Part shown: in pieces, positions 54,599 to 63,396 of the stretch
Position numbering within the stretch: the first letter of the stretch is position 1
Layout of the letters: every line of letters begins with the position of its first letter
Assembly (NCBI GenBank): GCA_965199715.1
Contig: OZ241322.1
Span: 1,504,001 to 1,568,000 of the forward strand
DNA: 64,000 nt
Direction: 5' to 3'
DNA from: Vicinamibacteria bacterium
GTDB lineage: Bacteria; Acidobacteriota; Vicinamibacteria; Marinacidobacterales; Marinacidobacteraceae
Made by a program: the position numbers and the translations under genes
Notes under the pieces: model-generated
Told to the model about the DNA's origin: nothing
Databases searched by the model: none
Seen by the model: only the letters and a program-made list of their open reading frames with translations

Positions 54599-57006
54599 GT
54601 CGTCATCTCCGCCCGCGGCGCGGCGTTCTTGACGTGCCGCTCCAGCCACTCGTGCTGCTCCCACAGCGTGTGCATGACCGACTCGCGGGCGACGTAGCCG
54701 TGGCTCTCGTGCGGAAGCATCACGAGCCGCGCCACCGCGCCGTGCCCCTTCAGCGCGTGGTAGTAGCGCCGGCTCTGGACCGGGAAGGTCCCTGAGTTGT
54801 TGTCCACGATCCCGTGGATCAGCAGGATCGGCTCGTTCACCTGGTGGGCGTGCATGAACGGCGACATCCGGAAGTAGATCTCGGGCGCCTCCCAGAAGGT
54901 GCGCGGCTCGCTCTGGAAGCCGAAGGGCGTGAGCGTGCGGTTGAACGCGCCGCTGCGGGCGATCCCGGCCCGGAACACGTCCGAGTGCGAGAGCAGGTTC
55001 GCCGTCATGAACGCCCCGTAGGAATGACCGGCGATGGCCGTCCGGTCGGGGTCGGCGACGCCGCGGCGGACCGCCTCATCGACCGCGGCGCGGGCGCTCC
55101 CGACGAGCTGCTCGACGTAGCTGTCGTTCGGCTCCTCGTCCCCCTCGCCGATGATCGGGATCGTGGCGTTCTCCATGACCGCGTAGCCCTGCGTCAGCCA
55201 GTAGAGCGCCGAGCCCCAGCTCACGAAGCTGAACCGCTGCGGCGAGTCCCGCACCTGGGCCGCGGCCGCCGCGCTCTTGTACTCGCGGGGATACGCCCAG
55301 ACGATCAGCGGGAGCCGTCCGTCGGTCGCCGGGTCGTAGCCGGGCGGGGTGTGCAGCAGCGCGTTCAGCTCCACGCCGTCGGCGCGCTGGTAGCGGATCA
55401 GCTCGCGGCCGGCGCCCTGAAGCCCCGGGTAGGGATGCGGGAAGTCGGTCAGGGCGCGGGCCTCCCCGCCGAGATCGCGCAGGAAGTAGTTCGGCGGCGC
55501 AGTCCGGGTCTCCTTGCGGGTGAGGAGCAGCCCGGCTTCGGGATCGAGCAGCGCCATCGGCTGCTCGAAGGAGTCCGCGTCCGACTGGAAGAGCCGGCGC
55601 CGCTCGCCGCTCTCGAGGTCCCACTCGTCCACGAAGGGCCGGTTGCCCTCGGGAGACGCGCCCTCGGCGGTCAGGTACGCCTTCGAGCCGTCGGCGGACG
55701 TGAGCAGCGCGCGCGCTCCCCGCTCGTTCGTTGTGGTGAGCGGCATGCCCGGTGCGGCGTAGCGGTCCTCGTAGGAGACGTCGAACGCGAGCGTCGGCTC
55801 GCCCGAAGCCGGAATCGTCCAGATCTGCTCGGCGCGGGTGATCCACCAGCGGGTGATCGCGACCCCCCGGTCGTCGCCGAACATCGCCGCCGACATCCGC
55901 AGCGGAACCTGGAGGACGACCTCGGGATCGCCGTCGAACGGCGCGGCGAGCTGCATGAGCTCGTCCCTGACCGGCGCTTCGCGGTGCGGATCGCCGCCGT
56001 CGCGGGCCTCGATCCAGGTGAGCGTCGCGTCGTGGTCGCCCCGCCAGTCCACCGAGCGCGGCCCGGTGGGCGCGGAGTCCCGCCCGATGGGGATCTCCTC
56101 GTGGAGGGGAAGCTCGGCGACCTGGCGCCGGACGTCGCCGTTCGCGTCGCGCACCTCGATCCGCTGCGGGAACCGCGACCAGGGCACGAGCCACGAGAAC
56201 GGTTCGAGGACCGTGGTGACGAGGAAGTGCTCGCCGTCGGGGGCGGGGACGAAGCCGGAGATGAGCGCCGGTCCGGCGATCTCGGTCGCATTCCCGGAGA
56301 GATCGGCGACCACCGCCCGGGCGGCCCCGTAGTAGGCGAACAGCGCGTTGTCGTGCGGGCTCGCGAGCAGGTCCTGGTAGGTCCGGGCAGGGGCGACCCG
56401 CCCGGTGGACTCCTGGATCACCGGCGTGCGGGGCACCGCCGGAGCCTCCGGCGCCATGCCGCGATCCGGATCCACGATACGGACGGCGAGGCGCACGCCG
56501 TCGCTCATCCACCGGTACGGCGACCCGCGGAAGATCGCGTTCACCCCGGAGAGCACCTGGCTGGCGTCGCCGCTCGCGGCCTCGACGACCCAAAGCTCCA
56601 TCGCGTCGTCCCCGGTGTGGGTGAAGGCGAAGCGGGACCCGTCGGGCGACCAGCTCAGGTGGTCGCCCCGCAGCGGATCGGGCAGGCCGGCGATCTCCAC
56701 CGCGCCGCCGTCGATCCGCTGGAGCGTGAGATCCCGGAACATCCGCCGCCGGCTGGCCGCGGTCGCCGCGGGATCGATGCGCAGCCCGGCGAGCCGCAGT
56801 TCGGCGCGGGCGAGCTCGGCCAGCGGCACGAGGCTCGACCGGTGGGTCAGGACCGCGTGGGCCTTGTCGGGCGAGACCGAGATGCCGGGAGTCGGCGAGG
56901 CCTCGGCGATCCGCCGGATCTCCTCGGGAGGGGTCTGGTAGCCCTCCTGCGCGGCGGCGGTCAGCGCGAGCGCGGCGGCCGGAACGATCAGCAGTCGGTG
57001 GCGCAT
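54583..57006 (-). CDS. S9 family prolyl oligopeptidase (glutamyl-peptidase-like)
   Basis: Signal peptide; GHSYG nucleophile, IHGIVDNN, ESHGY. Confidence 0.92.
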   Translation of the reverse strand: MRHRLLIVPAAALALTAAAQEGYQTPPEEIRRIAEASPTPGISVSPDKAHAVLTHRSSLVPLAELARAELRLAGLRIDPAATAASRRRMFRDLTLQRIDGGAVEIAGLPDPLRGDHLSWSPDGSRFAFTHTGDDAMELWVVEAASGDASQVLSGVNAIFRGSPYRWMSDGVRLAVRIVDPDRGMAPEAPAVPRTPVIQESTGRVAPARTYQDLLASPHDNALFAYYGAARAVVADLSGNATEIAGPALISGFVPAPDGEHFLVTTVLEPFSWLVPWSRFPQRIEVRDANGDVRRQVAELPLHEEIPIGRDSAPTGPRSVDWRGDHDATLTWIEARDGGDPHREAPVRDELMQLAAPFDGDPEVVLQVPLRMSAAMFGDDRGVAITRWWITRAEQIWTIPASGEPTLAFDVSYEDRYAAPGMPLTTTNERGARALLTSADGSKAYLTAEGASPEGNRPFVDEWDLESGERRRLFQSDADSFEQPMALLDPEAGLLLTRKETRTAPPNYFLRDLGGEARALTDFPHPYPGLQGAGRELIRYQRADGVELNALLHTPPGYDPATDGRLPLIVWAYPREYKSAAAAAQVRDSPQRFSFVSWGSALYWLTQGYAVMENATIPIIGEGDEEPNDSYVEQLVGSARAAVDEAVRRGVADPDRTAIAGHSYGAFMTANLLSHSDVFRAGIARSGAFNRTLTPFGFQSEPRTFWEAPEIYFRMSPFMHAHQVNEPILLIHGIVDNNSGTFPVQSRRYYHALKGHGAVARLVMLPHESHGYVARESVMHTLWEQHEWLERHVKNAAPRAEMTTQPER

Positions 57007-57059
57007 GAGGAACCCTCCTGGGGGGAACCGCCAATCCTACGCCGGATACGATTCGGAAC

Positions 57060-57977
57060 GTGTCCCGCCTCGCCGTCGTCCTCCTCGCGTGCCTCCTGCT
57101 CGGCGGACAGGAAGCCCCGCTCCGCACCGCCGATCCGTTCCAGCGGGGCCTGACCGAGGCCGATTTTCCGCGGGTGCGGGAGCTCGCGCCCGGCGTGTAC
57201 TCCTACGCGCAGCTTCGTTCGGCCGGGGAGGAGCTCTTCACCACGGTGAGCCTCTTCGTCGTGACCGACGAGGGCGTGCTCGTGGCCGACGGGCAGGGCG
57301 ACTTCGAGGAGACGTCGCGGATGGTCGAGATGATCGGCGGGATCACCGACCAGCCGATCACCCACGTCGTGATCTGCTCGGACCACGGCGACCACACCGC
57401 CGGCAACGGCGCGTTCCCCGAGGGAGTCGAGTACGTCGTCCACGAGAATTCGGTCGCGCCGATGGAGGCGATGGTGGAGCGCATCCCCGGGATCCCCATG
57501 CCGCGAACGGTGATCGGTGACCGGCTCGACCTGACGCTCGGCGGCCGGGAGATCCAGGTCCGCTTCCTCGGGCGGGCGCACACCGGCGGCGATCTGGTGG
57601 TGTTCCTGCCCGAGGAGAGCGTGCTGTTCCTCGGCGAGACCTTCCTCCACCGGGTGTACCCGGCGATGCGCTCGGCCTACCCCACCGAGTGGGTCGCGAT
57701 GCTCCGGGCCGCCCAGGCCTTGGGGGCGCGTTGGAACGTGCCCGGGCACGGGTTCGTGGACGACCCCGACGTCCTCGAGGAGGAGCTCGGCGTCGCGGTC
57801 GAGGCCATCGAGACGGTGATCGCCGAATCCACCCGCCTCCACGGCCTCGGCCTCTCCCCGGAGGAAGCGCTGGAGCGGGCCGACTTCGGCGATCTGGAGA
57901 CCTGGTCGCTGCGGGACAGCCAGCGCGGCATGGCGCTGCGGCGCGTCTATCTGGAGCTCGACGGCGAACTGCCTTGA
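57060..57977 (+). CDS. MBL-fold metallo-hydrolase, exported
   Basis: SDHGDH variant motif, AHTGGD, VPGHG. Confidence 0.82.
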   Translation: MSRLAVVLLACLLLGGQEAPLRTADPFQRGLTEADFPRVRELAPGVYSYAQLRSAGEELFTTVSLFVVTDEGVLVADGQGDFEETSRMVEMIGGITDQPITHVVICSDHGDHTAGNGAFPEGVEYVVHENSVAPMEAMVERIPGIPMPRTVIGDRLDLTLGGREIQVRFLGRAHTGGDLVVFLPEESVLFLGETFLHRVYPAMRSAYPTEWVAMLRAAQALGARWNVPGHGFVDDPDVLEEELGVAVEAIETVIAESTRLHGLGLSPEEALERADFGDLETWSLRDSQRGMALRRVYLELDGELP

Positions 57978-60202
57978 ACCGGACGGCTCTCGTCCTGGGG
58001 CTGCTTCTCCCCGCCGGGGCCCAGGCGCAGAACCGGATAAGCGGACAGGTCGTGGTCGAGCCGACCGGGCGCCCCGCCGCCGGGGCGGAGGTCGCGCTCG
58101 CCGGGACCGGGATCGAGGTTCGGGCGGACGAGGAGGGCCGGTTTGTTTTCGAGGACGTGGAAGTCGGCGCTTCGGTCTCGGTGCGCGTCCGTCTCGGCCC
58201 GCTCGCGGGCGAGGTCGCCGTCGCTGCGACTCCGGGGACCGACGTGACGCTGGATCCCATTCGGATCGGGATCGCGGGCGCCGCCCACGAACACGTGACG
58301 GTGCACGCGCTCGGAGGGCGGACTTCGACCTTCGGCGCGGTCACTTCGTTCGAGGGCGCGCAGTTGGTCGAGGGGTCGCCGACTCTCGCCGAACTCCTCG
58401 AAGGCGCCCCGGGCGTATCCATCCGGAGCCTCGGTCCCGGCCCGGCGCGCCCGATCATCCGCGGCTTCGACGGCGACCGGGTGGTCATCCTCGAGGACGG
58501 CGTCCGCACCGGCGACCTGAGCAGCCAGGCGGCGGAGCACGGCATGGCGCTCGATCCGGCGCGGGCGGAGCGCGTCGAAGTCATGCGCGCCCCGGCCTCG
58601 CTGCTCTACTCGTCGAGCGCGGTCGGCGGCGCGGTGCAGATCGTCTCGCCGGTCTCCGAGTCGTCCGCCATCGACGGCTTCGAGGGCCGCGCCAGCCTCG
58701 GCCTGACCGGCGCCGACGGGGGGCGCCATGGGAGCGCCCGGTTCGAGACCGGCGACGGGAGGTGGCTCGCGTGGAGCGGCGGGAGCGTCCGGCGGACCTC
58801 GGACTACCGCTCGCCGCTCGGAACCGTGTCCGGGTCGGCGACGGAAATGCGCCAGGGAGAGGCGGGGCTCGCGCTCCACGCCGACCACGCCCGGCTCGCC
58901 CTGAGCGCCCGCATGGACGACAGCCGCTTCGGCGTGCCGATGGCGGGCATGCTGCACGGCGCGGGGGACGAGGGCGTATCCGTGGACGTCGAGACCGCCC
59001 GGCGGCAGTTGCGCGCCGACGTGGGGCTCCGGGATCTCGGCCCGATCGCCGACGAGGCGCGTTTCGTGTTTCATTTCAGCGACTTCCGGCAGGATGAGGT
59101 CGAGACCGAGGGGAGCGGCCCGCCCGCGCTGGAGACCCGCCACGACAACCGCTCGCTGGTCGTGCGCGCCGACGTCCTCCGACGGGGCTCCCGCATCGAG
59201 AGCCGCGTCGGATTCTGGGGGCAGCTCCGGGACTTCGGTTCGGCCGGCCCGGAGGCGCTGGCGCCCGACGTGACGCACGTCGCGATCGCGGCGTTCGGCC
59301 TCGGCGAGATGCGGGTCGCCGACCGCCTCGCGCTGCTGCTCGGCGCGCGCCTCGAACAGAACGCGTACCACGCCGGGAATCGGGGGAGCCGCGAGGACGA
59401 TGACGACGAAGGGCCCGAGCTCGAGGCGCCGGTCGCCATTGACCGGGAGTTCGCCGGAGCCTCGGCGAGCGCCGGCTTCTCGTTCGATCTCGGCGGCGAC
59501 GCCGCGGTCGCGCTGAACGGAACCTTCGCGTCGCGGGCTCCGGCGCTCGAGGAGCTCTACAACTTCGGCCTCGACGCCGGCGTCCAGGCGTTCGAGGTCG
59601 GCGACCCGCACCTCGACGAGGAATCCATCCGGGGCGTGGATCTCAGCGTTCGCCGCGACGCGGACGCCGGATCGGGGAGCCTCACCTTCTTCCGGTACGC
59701 GATCGCGAACGCGACGTGGGGCGCGGCGCGCGCGGGGGCGGACGGCGTCGCCCTCATCGAGACCATGCAGGCGGACGCCGTGTATCTCGGGACGGAGCTG
59801 GACGCCCGCATCCGGATCGGGAGCGCGACGCTGCGCGCCACGGCCTCCTGGGTGGACGCGAAGTTTCCTGGCCGGTCACGGTTCGCCCCGCGGATTCCTC
59901 CGCTCCATGGCCGGATGCGGCTGGACCTTCCGGTCGCCGGAATGCGGTTCTCGCCGGCGCTGCGCTGGGCGCTGCGGATGGACCGCGTCCACGAGAGCGA
60001 GACCCCGACCGACGGCTTCGCGGTCTGGGACGCGACGCTCTCCCGGCTGTGGATCGTCGGCGGCGCCGAGCACCACGTCTCGCTCGTGGCCAGAAACCTC
60101 GCCGACTCGGTCTATCGCCGTCACACATCGGTCATCAAGGACGTGGCCGCGCAGGCCGGCCGCGGCGTCAACGTGGCGTGGGCCATCCGCTTCCGCCGTT
60201 GA
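57974..60202 (+). CDS. TonB-dependent receptor (ZnuD-like), paralogue 1
   Basis: TTG overlapping upstream stop; N-terminal carboxypeptidase-regulatory-like domain; RPIIRGFDGDRV, RAPALEELY, RIPPL. Confidence 0.88.
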   Translation: MNRTALVLGLLLPAGAQAQNRISGQVVVEPTGRPAAGAEVALAGTGIEVRADEEGRFVFEDVEVGASVSVRVRLGPLAGEVAVAATPGTDVTLDPIRIGIAGAAHEHVTVHALGGRTSTFGAVTSFEGAQLVEGSPTLAELLEGAPGVSIRSLGPGPARPIIRGFDGDRVVILEDGVRTGDLSSQAAEHGMALDPARAERVEVMRAPASLLYSSSAVGGAVQIVSPVSESSAIDGFEGRASLGLTGADGGRHGSARFETGDGRWLAWSGGSVRRTSDYRSPLGTVSGSATEMRQGEAGLALHADHARLALSARMDDSRFGVPMAGMLHGAGDEGVSVDVETARRQLRADVGLRDLGPIADEARFVFHFSDFRQDEVETEGSGPPALETRHDNRSLVVRADVLRRGSRIESRVGFWGQLRDFGSAGPEALAPDVTHVAIAAFGLGEMRVADRLALLLGARLEQNAYHAGNRGSREDDDDEGPELEAPVAIDREFAGASASAGFSFDLGGDAAVALNGTFASRAPALEELYNFGLDAGVQAFEVGDPHLDEESIRGVDLSVRRDADAGSGSLTFFRYAIANATWGAARAGADGVALIETMQADAVYLGTELDARIRIGSATLRATASWVDAKFPGRSRFAPRIPPLHGRMRLDLPVAGMRFSPALRWALRMDRVHESETPTDGFAVWDATLSRLWIVGGAEHHVSLVARNLADSVYRRHTSVIKDVAAQAGRGVNVAWAIRFRR

Positions 60203-60207
60203 CGTGC

Positions 60208-60216
60208 TGCTAACAT
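60208..60216 (+). promoter_or_regulatory. Putative extended -10 element (TGC-TAACAT) of leader ORF 1
   Basis: 11 nt upstream of ATG 60228; same motif and spacing as in copy 2. Confidence 0.55.
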
Positions 60217-60227
60217 GGTCGGCCGCC

Positions 60228-60491
60228 ATGCCTCCCCGCGCCCGATTCCTCGTAGTCGGGCTCGCGGCCTGCCTGCTGGTCGCCGCGCCCCTCGCGCTGG
60301 CCCTGCATGAGCACGAGGCGGAAGAGCACTGCGATCCGTGTCGCATGGGCGGTCCCTCGCTCGGGGCCCTCCGGTTCGACCCCGTTCTGGTCACGGCGCC
60401 GCAGCCCGAGGAATGCGTCCTCGAGGCGCACCCGGCCCCGCGTTCGGAAGCGCGATCGACCACGTGCGGTCCACGCGCTCCGCCGGCCTGA
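60228..60491 (+). CDS. DUF2946-like leader protein 1 (signal/TM, His-rich + CxxC, C-terminal RAPPA)
   Basis: MPPRARFLVVGLAACLLVAAPLALALHEHEAEEHCDPC...GPRAPPA*. Confidence 0.8.
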   Translation: MPPRARFLVVGLAACLLVAAPLALALHEHEAEEHCDPCRMGGPSLGALRFDPVLVTAPQPEECVLEAHPAPRSEARSTTCGPRAPPA

Positions 60492-60500
60492 CGGTCGGCG
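60481..60500 (+). promoter_or_regulatory. Hairpin with leader stop codon in the loop (copy 1)
   Basis: CGCCGGCC-TGAC-GGTCGGCG, 8-bp stem with one G-U. Confidence 0.65.
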
Positions 60501-60584
60501 CGCAAACTCTCGGGATCGGGCCGCCCCCGCCGGCGGGCCTCTAGCAGTTCGTCCCTCCATGTCCTCACGCAGGAGGTGCGTTCA

Positions 60585-62999
60585 ATGTCGAGGAGACTCT
60601 CTCCCTTTCTTTCTTGTTGTTGTTGCGGGCTGGCCCTCGCCGCTCCCGCCGCAGCCCAGACCCTGACCGGGACCGTCGCCTTCGAGGCGAGCGGTGCGCC
60701 GGCCCGCTCCGCCGAGGTGGTCGTGCTCGAGACCGATCAGGTCACCCATACCGAGAGCGACGGCCGGTTCGAGATCGAGCTCGCCGAGCGGCTCGACGAG
60801 TACACCGTCCACGTGGAGCTCGCGTTCCACACCGCGCAGAACACCGTCGCCGTGGAGCCCGATCAGTCCATGATCGAGCTTCAGGTTCCCATCCTGCTCC
60901 GCCTCGGCCGCCTGCATGAGCGGGTGACCGTGAGCGCGTCGGCCAGCGCCGAGGCCCCGCTGGAGGCGTTCGGATCGCTGCACGCTCTTTCCGGCGTCGA
61001 GCTCCAGAACGTGCCCGCCCGCAATCTGGCCGAACTTCTCGAGGGCACGCCGGGAATCGCGATCCGCAGCTACGGACCCGGCGCCGCACGCCCGATCGTG
61101 CGCGGGTTCGACGGCGACCGCGTCCTCATCATGGAGGACGGCGTCGGCACCGGCGATCTTGGAAGCAACTCCGCCGACCACGGCGTGCCCGTGGATCCGC
61201 TCCAGGCGGAGCGGGTCGAGGTCGTGCGGGGGCCGGCGACGCTGCTCTACGGCTCGAACGCGATCGGCGGCGCGGTGAACGTGATCTCGATGGCGTCGCA
61301 CCTGTCGAACGGGCCCCCGCCGGGGTTCCGGGGACACGCCAACGTGGATTACTCGACGGCCGACGAGGGACGCCGGGGCGGCGCCCGGTTCCAGGCCGCC
61401 GGAAGCGGCTGGTTCGCTTGGGGCGGCGGAAACTCGAACCGCACCGGCGACTACGAGTCGCCGACCGGCGTGGTGCCCAACTCCGAGACCTCGATGGACC
61501 AGGGCGAGGCCGGATTGGGCGTCTTCGGCGACCGGGCGTGGTTCTCCGGCAGCGTCCGGATCGACGACTACAGCTACGGCGTCCCGTACGCCGGCGAGTT
61601 CCACGGTTCGCACGACCACCACGGGCACGGCGAGGAGATGGGCCATGACGACCACGGGCGCGACGAACGCATGGAGGAGGAAGGCCACGAGGAGGAGCTC
61701 CAGATCGACGTGACCATGAACCGCCGCCAGTTACGCTCGGATTTCGGCGTCCGCGAGCTCGGCGCGGTCTTCGACGAGGCCGAGCTCACCGTTCGGTATA
61801 GCGATTACGACCAGGACGAGGGGGAGCTGTTCGCCGGCGCGACGGAAGAGGTCCTCGCCACGCACTTCGACAACCGCTCGCTCGTCCTCCGGGGCGAGCT
61901 CAAGAAGCCCGCCGGCCGCTGGACCAGCCGGGTCGGGCTGTGGAGCCACTTCCGCGAATACCAGGCGTCGGGGGAGGAATCGCTCGCGCCGAAGACGCGG
62001 CAGAATGCCTTCGCGGCCTTCGCCTACAACGAGTTCGAGACCAACGACCGGCTCTCGTTCCTCATCGGCGCGCGACTGGGGCGCAACGCCTACGACCCCG
62101 AGGCTCGGGTCGAGTCGGATGGGCATGGTCGTGAAGAGGCGGTGGAGGAAGGCCACGAGGGGCACGACCACGGCCATGACCACGGGCACGAGGAGGAAGA
62201 GGCGCACGAAGAGGAGCGCGAAGCCCCGGCGCCCATCGACCGGGACTTCATCGCCGTCTCCGGCAGCGCCGGGGCCCGCCTGTCGCTGACCGACGACACC
62301 GCGCTGGTCGGCACCGCCAGCCTCTCGACCCGCGCGCCCTCGATCGAGGAGCTCTACAACTTCGGCCTCCACGGCGGGACCCGGTCCTTCGACATCGGGA
62401 ACCCGAGCCTCGACCCCGAGCGGTCGCTCGGCCTCGAACTGGGCCTGCGCCACAGCTCGGACATGTTCTCCGGCAGCGCGAGCTTCTTCCGCTACGACAT
62501 CGCCGACTTCATCTTCGGCGTGGACACGGGGGAACGGGTGGAAGGACTCTCCGTGCTCCGGTTCTTGCAGTCGGACGCCGTCTATCAGGGATACGAGGTG
62601 GAGGGGCACGCCGACCTCGGGCCGGCGGAGCTCGTGGCGAACGCCTCCTACGTGGACGCGACGCTCACCCAGACCGACGAGAGCGCACCGCGCATCCCGC
62701 CGCTCCAGGGCCAGTTGCGGCTCGACGTGCCCTTCGGCGAACTCCGGCTCTCGCCCCGGCTTCGCTGGGCGTCTCGCATGGACCGGCTCTACCGGAACGA
62801 GGAGGCGACCGACGGCTACGCGGTGTTCGACTTCACGGCGTCGTACGTGATCGTCACCGGAAGCGCCGTCTCGAACATCTCGCTGCGGGCCTACAACGTC
62901 ACCGACGCCGAGTACCGGTTCCACACCTCGCTCATCAAGGATCTCGCCCCGCAGATGGGCCGCGGGTTCCGGATCAGCTATTCGATCCAGTTCTTCTAG
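60585..62999 (+). CDS. TonB-dependent receptor (ZnuD-like) with two His/Glu-rich loops, paralogue 2
   Basis: SD AGGAGGT 60571-60577; RPIVRGFDGDRV; HGSHDHHGHG and GHEGHDHGHDHGHE loops; terminal F. Confidence 0.92.
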   Translation: MSRRLSPFLSCCCCGLALAAPAAAQTLTGTVAFEASGAPARSAEVVVLETDQVTHTESDGRFEIELAERLDEYTVHVELAFHTAQNTVAVEPDQSMIELQVPILLRLGRLHERVTVSASASAEAPLEAFGSLHALSGVELQNVPARNLAELLEGTPGIAIRSYGPGAARPIVRGFDGDRVLIMEDGVGTGDLGSNSADHGVPVDPLQAERVEVVRGPATLLYGSNAIGGAVNVISMASHLSNGPPPGFRGHANVDYSTADEGRRGGARFQAAGSGWFAWGGGNSNRTGDYESPTGVVPNSETSMDQGEAGLGVFGDRAWFSGSVRIDDYSYGVPYAGEFHGSHDHHGHGEEMGHDDHGRDERMEEEGHEEELQIDVTMNRRQLRSDFGVRELGAVFDEAELTVRYSDYDQDEGELFAGATEEVLATHFDNRSLVLRGELKKPAGRWTSRVGLWSHFREYQASGEESLAPKTRQNAFAAFAYNEFETNDRLSFLIGARLGRNAYDPEARVESDGHGREEAVEEGHEGHDHGHDHGHEEEEAHEEEREAPAPIDRDFIAVSGSAGARLSLTDDTALVGTASLSTRAPSIEELYNFGLHGGTRSFDIGNPSLDPERSLGLELGLRHSSDMFSGSASFFRYDIADFIFGVDTGERVEGLSVLRFLQSDAVYQGYEVEGHADLGPAELVANASYVDATLTQTDESAPRIPPLQGQLRLDVPFGELRLSPRLRWASRMDRLYRNEEATDGYAVFDFTASYVIVTGSAVSNISLRAYNVTDAEYRFHTSLIKDLAPQMGRGFRISYSIQFF

Positions 63000-63009
63000 G
63001 GGGTCGCCG

Positions 63010-63037
63010 GGCGGCGGGGCTCCGGCTCCCGCCGTCC
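63010..63037 (+). terminator. GC-rich hairpin after receptor 2 (possible terminator or stabiliser, no U-tract)
   Basis: GGGCGGCGGGG...CTCCCGCCGTCC inverted repeat. Confidence 0.4.
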
Positions 63038-63045
63038 ACCGATGG

Positions 63046-63054
63046 TGCTAGCAT
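63046..63054 (+). promoter_or_regulatory. Putative extended -10 element (TGC-TAGCAT) of leader ORF 2
   Basis: 11 nt upstream of ATG 63066, mirroring copy 1. Confidence 0.55.
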
Positions 63055-63065
63055 CGCCGGACGCC

Positions 63066-63314
63066 ATGGCTCGGTCGGTTCGGTTCGTCGTCTTGGGGGT
63101 CGTGGCTTGCCTGCTGGTCGCCGCGCCCCTCGCGCTCGCCCTGCACGACCACGCGGAGTCGCGCTGCCACGGCTGCGAGACGCCGTCGGCGTCGGCGGTC
63201 GAGGCCCCGCCCGGCCTCGCGCCCGCGCCCGAGGCCGGCGAGCGCCCGGAACGCAATGTCCAGGCTCCCGCCCCTCCCGCAAACTCCCGGAATCCGCGCG
63301 CGCCGCCGGCCTGA
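63066..63314 (+). CDS. DUF2946-like leader protein 2 (signal/TM, HDH + CxxC, C-terminal RAPPA)
   Basis: MARSVRFVVLGVVACLLVAAPLALALHDHAESRCHGC...NPRAPPA*. Confidence 0.8.
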   Translation: MARSVRFVVLGVVACLLVAAPLALALHDHAESRCHGCETPSASAVEAPPGLAPAPEAGERPERNVQAPAPPANSRNPRAPPA

Positions 63315-63323
63315 GGGCCGGCG
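63304..63323 (+). promoter_or_regulatory. Hairpin with leader stop codon in the loop (copy 2)
   Basis: CGCCGGCC-TGAG-GGCCGGCG, perfect 8-bp stem. Confidence 0.65.
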
Positions 63324-63396
63324 ATCCTGCGTTCGGGAGCGGAATGCCCCGCCCGCGGGCCTTCCTTCCCTTTCGAGAGCGCCCGGAGGTGCCCTC

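Noticed and set aside
60199-60216. TTGACG as the -35 partner of TAACAT
   Set aside because: Spacer is only 6 nt, and its TGA is the stop codon of the upstream receptor
60850-60861. 12-nt match (ccgtggagcccg) to the tRNA-Asn 3' end as a possible att site
   Set aside because: Short, GC-rich, inside an intact CDS, and there is no integrase in the window
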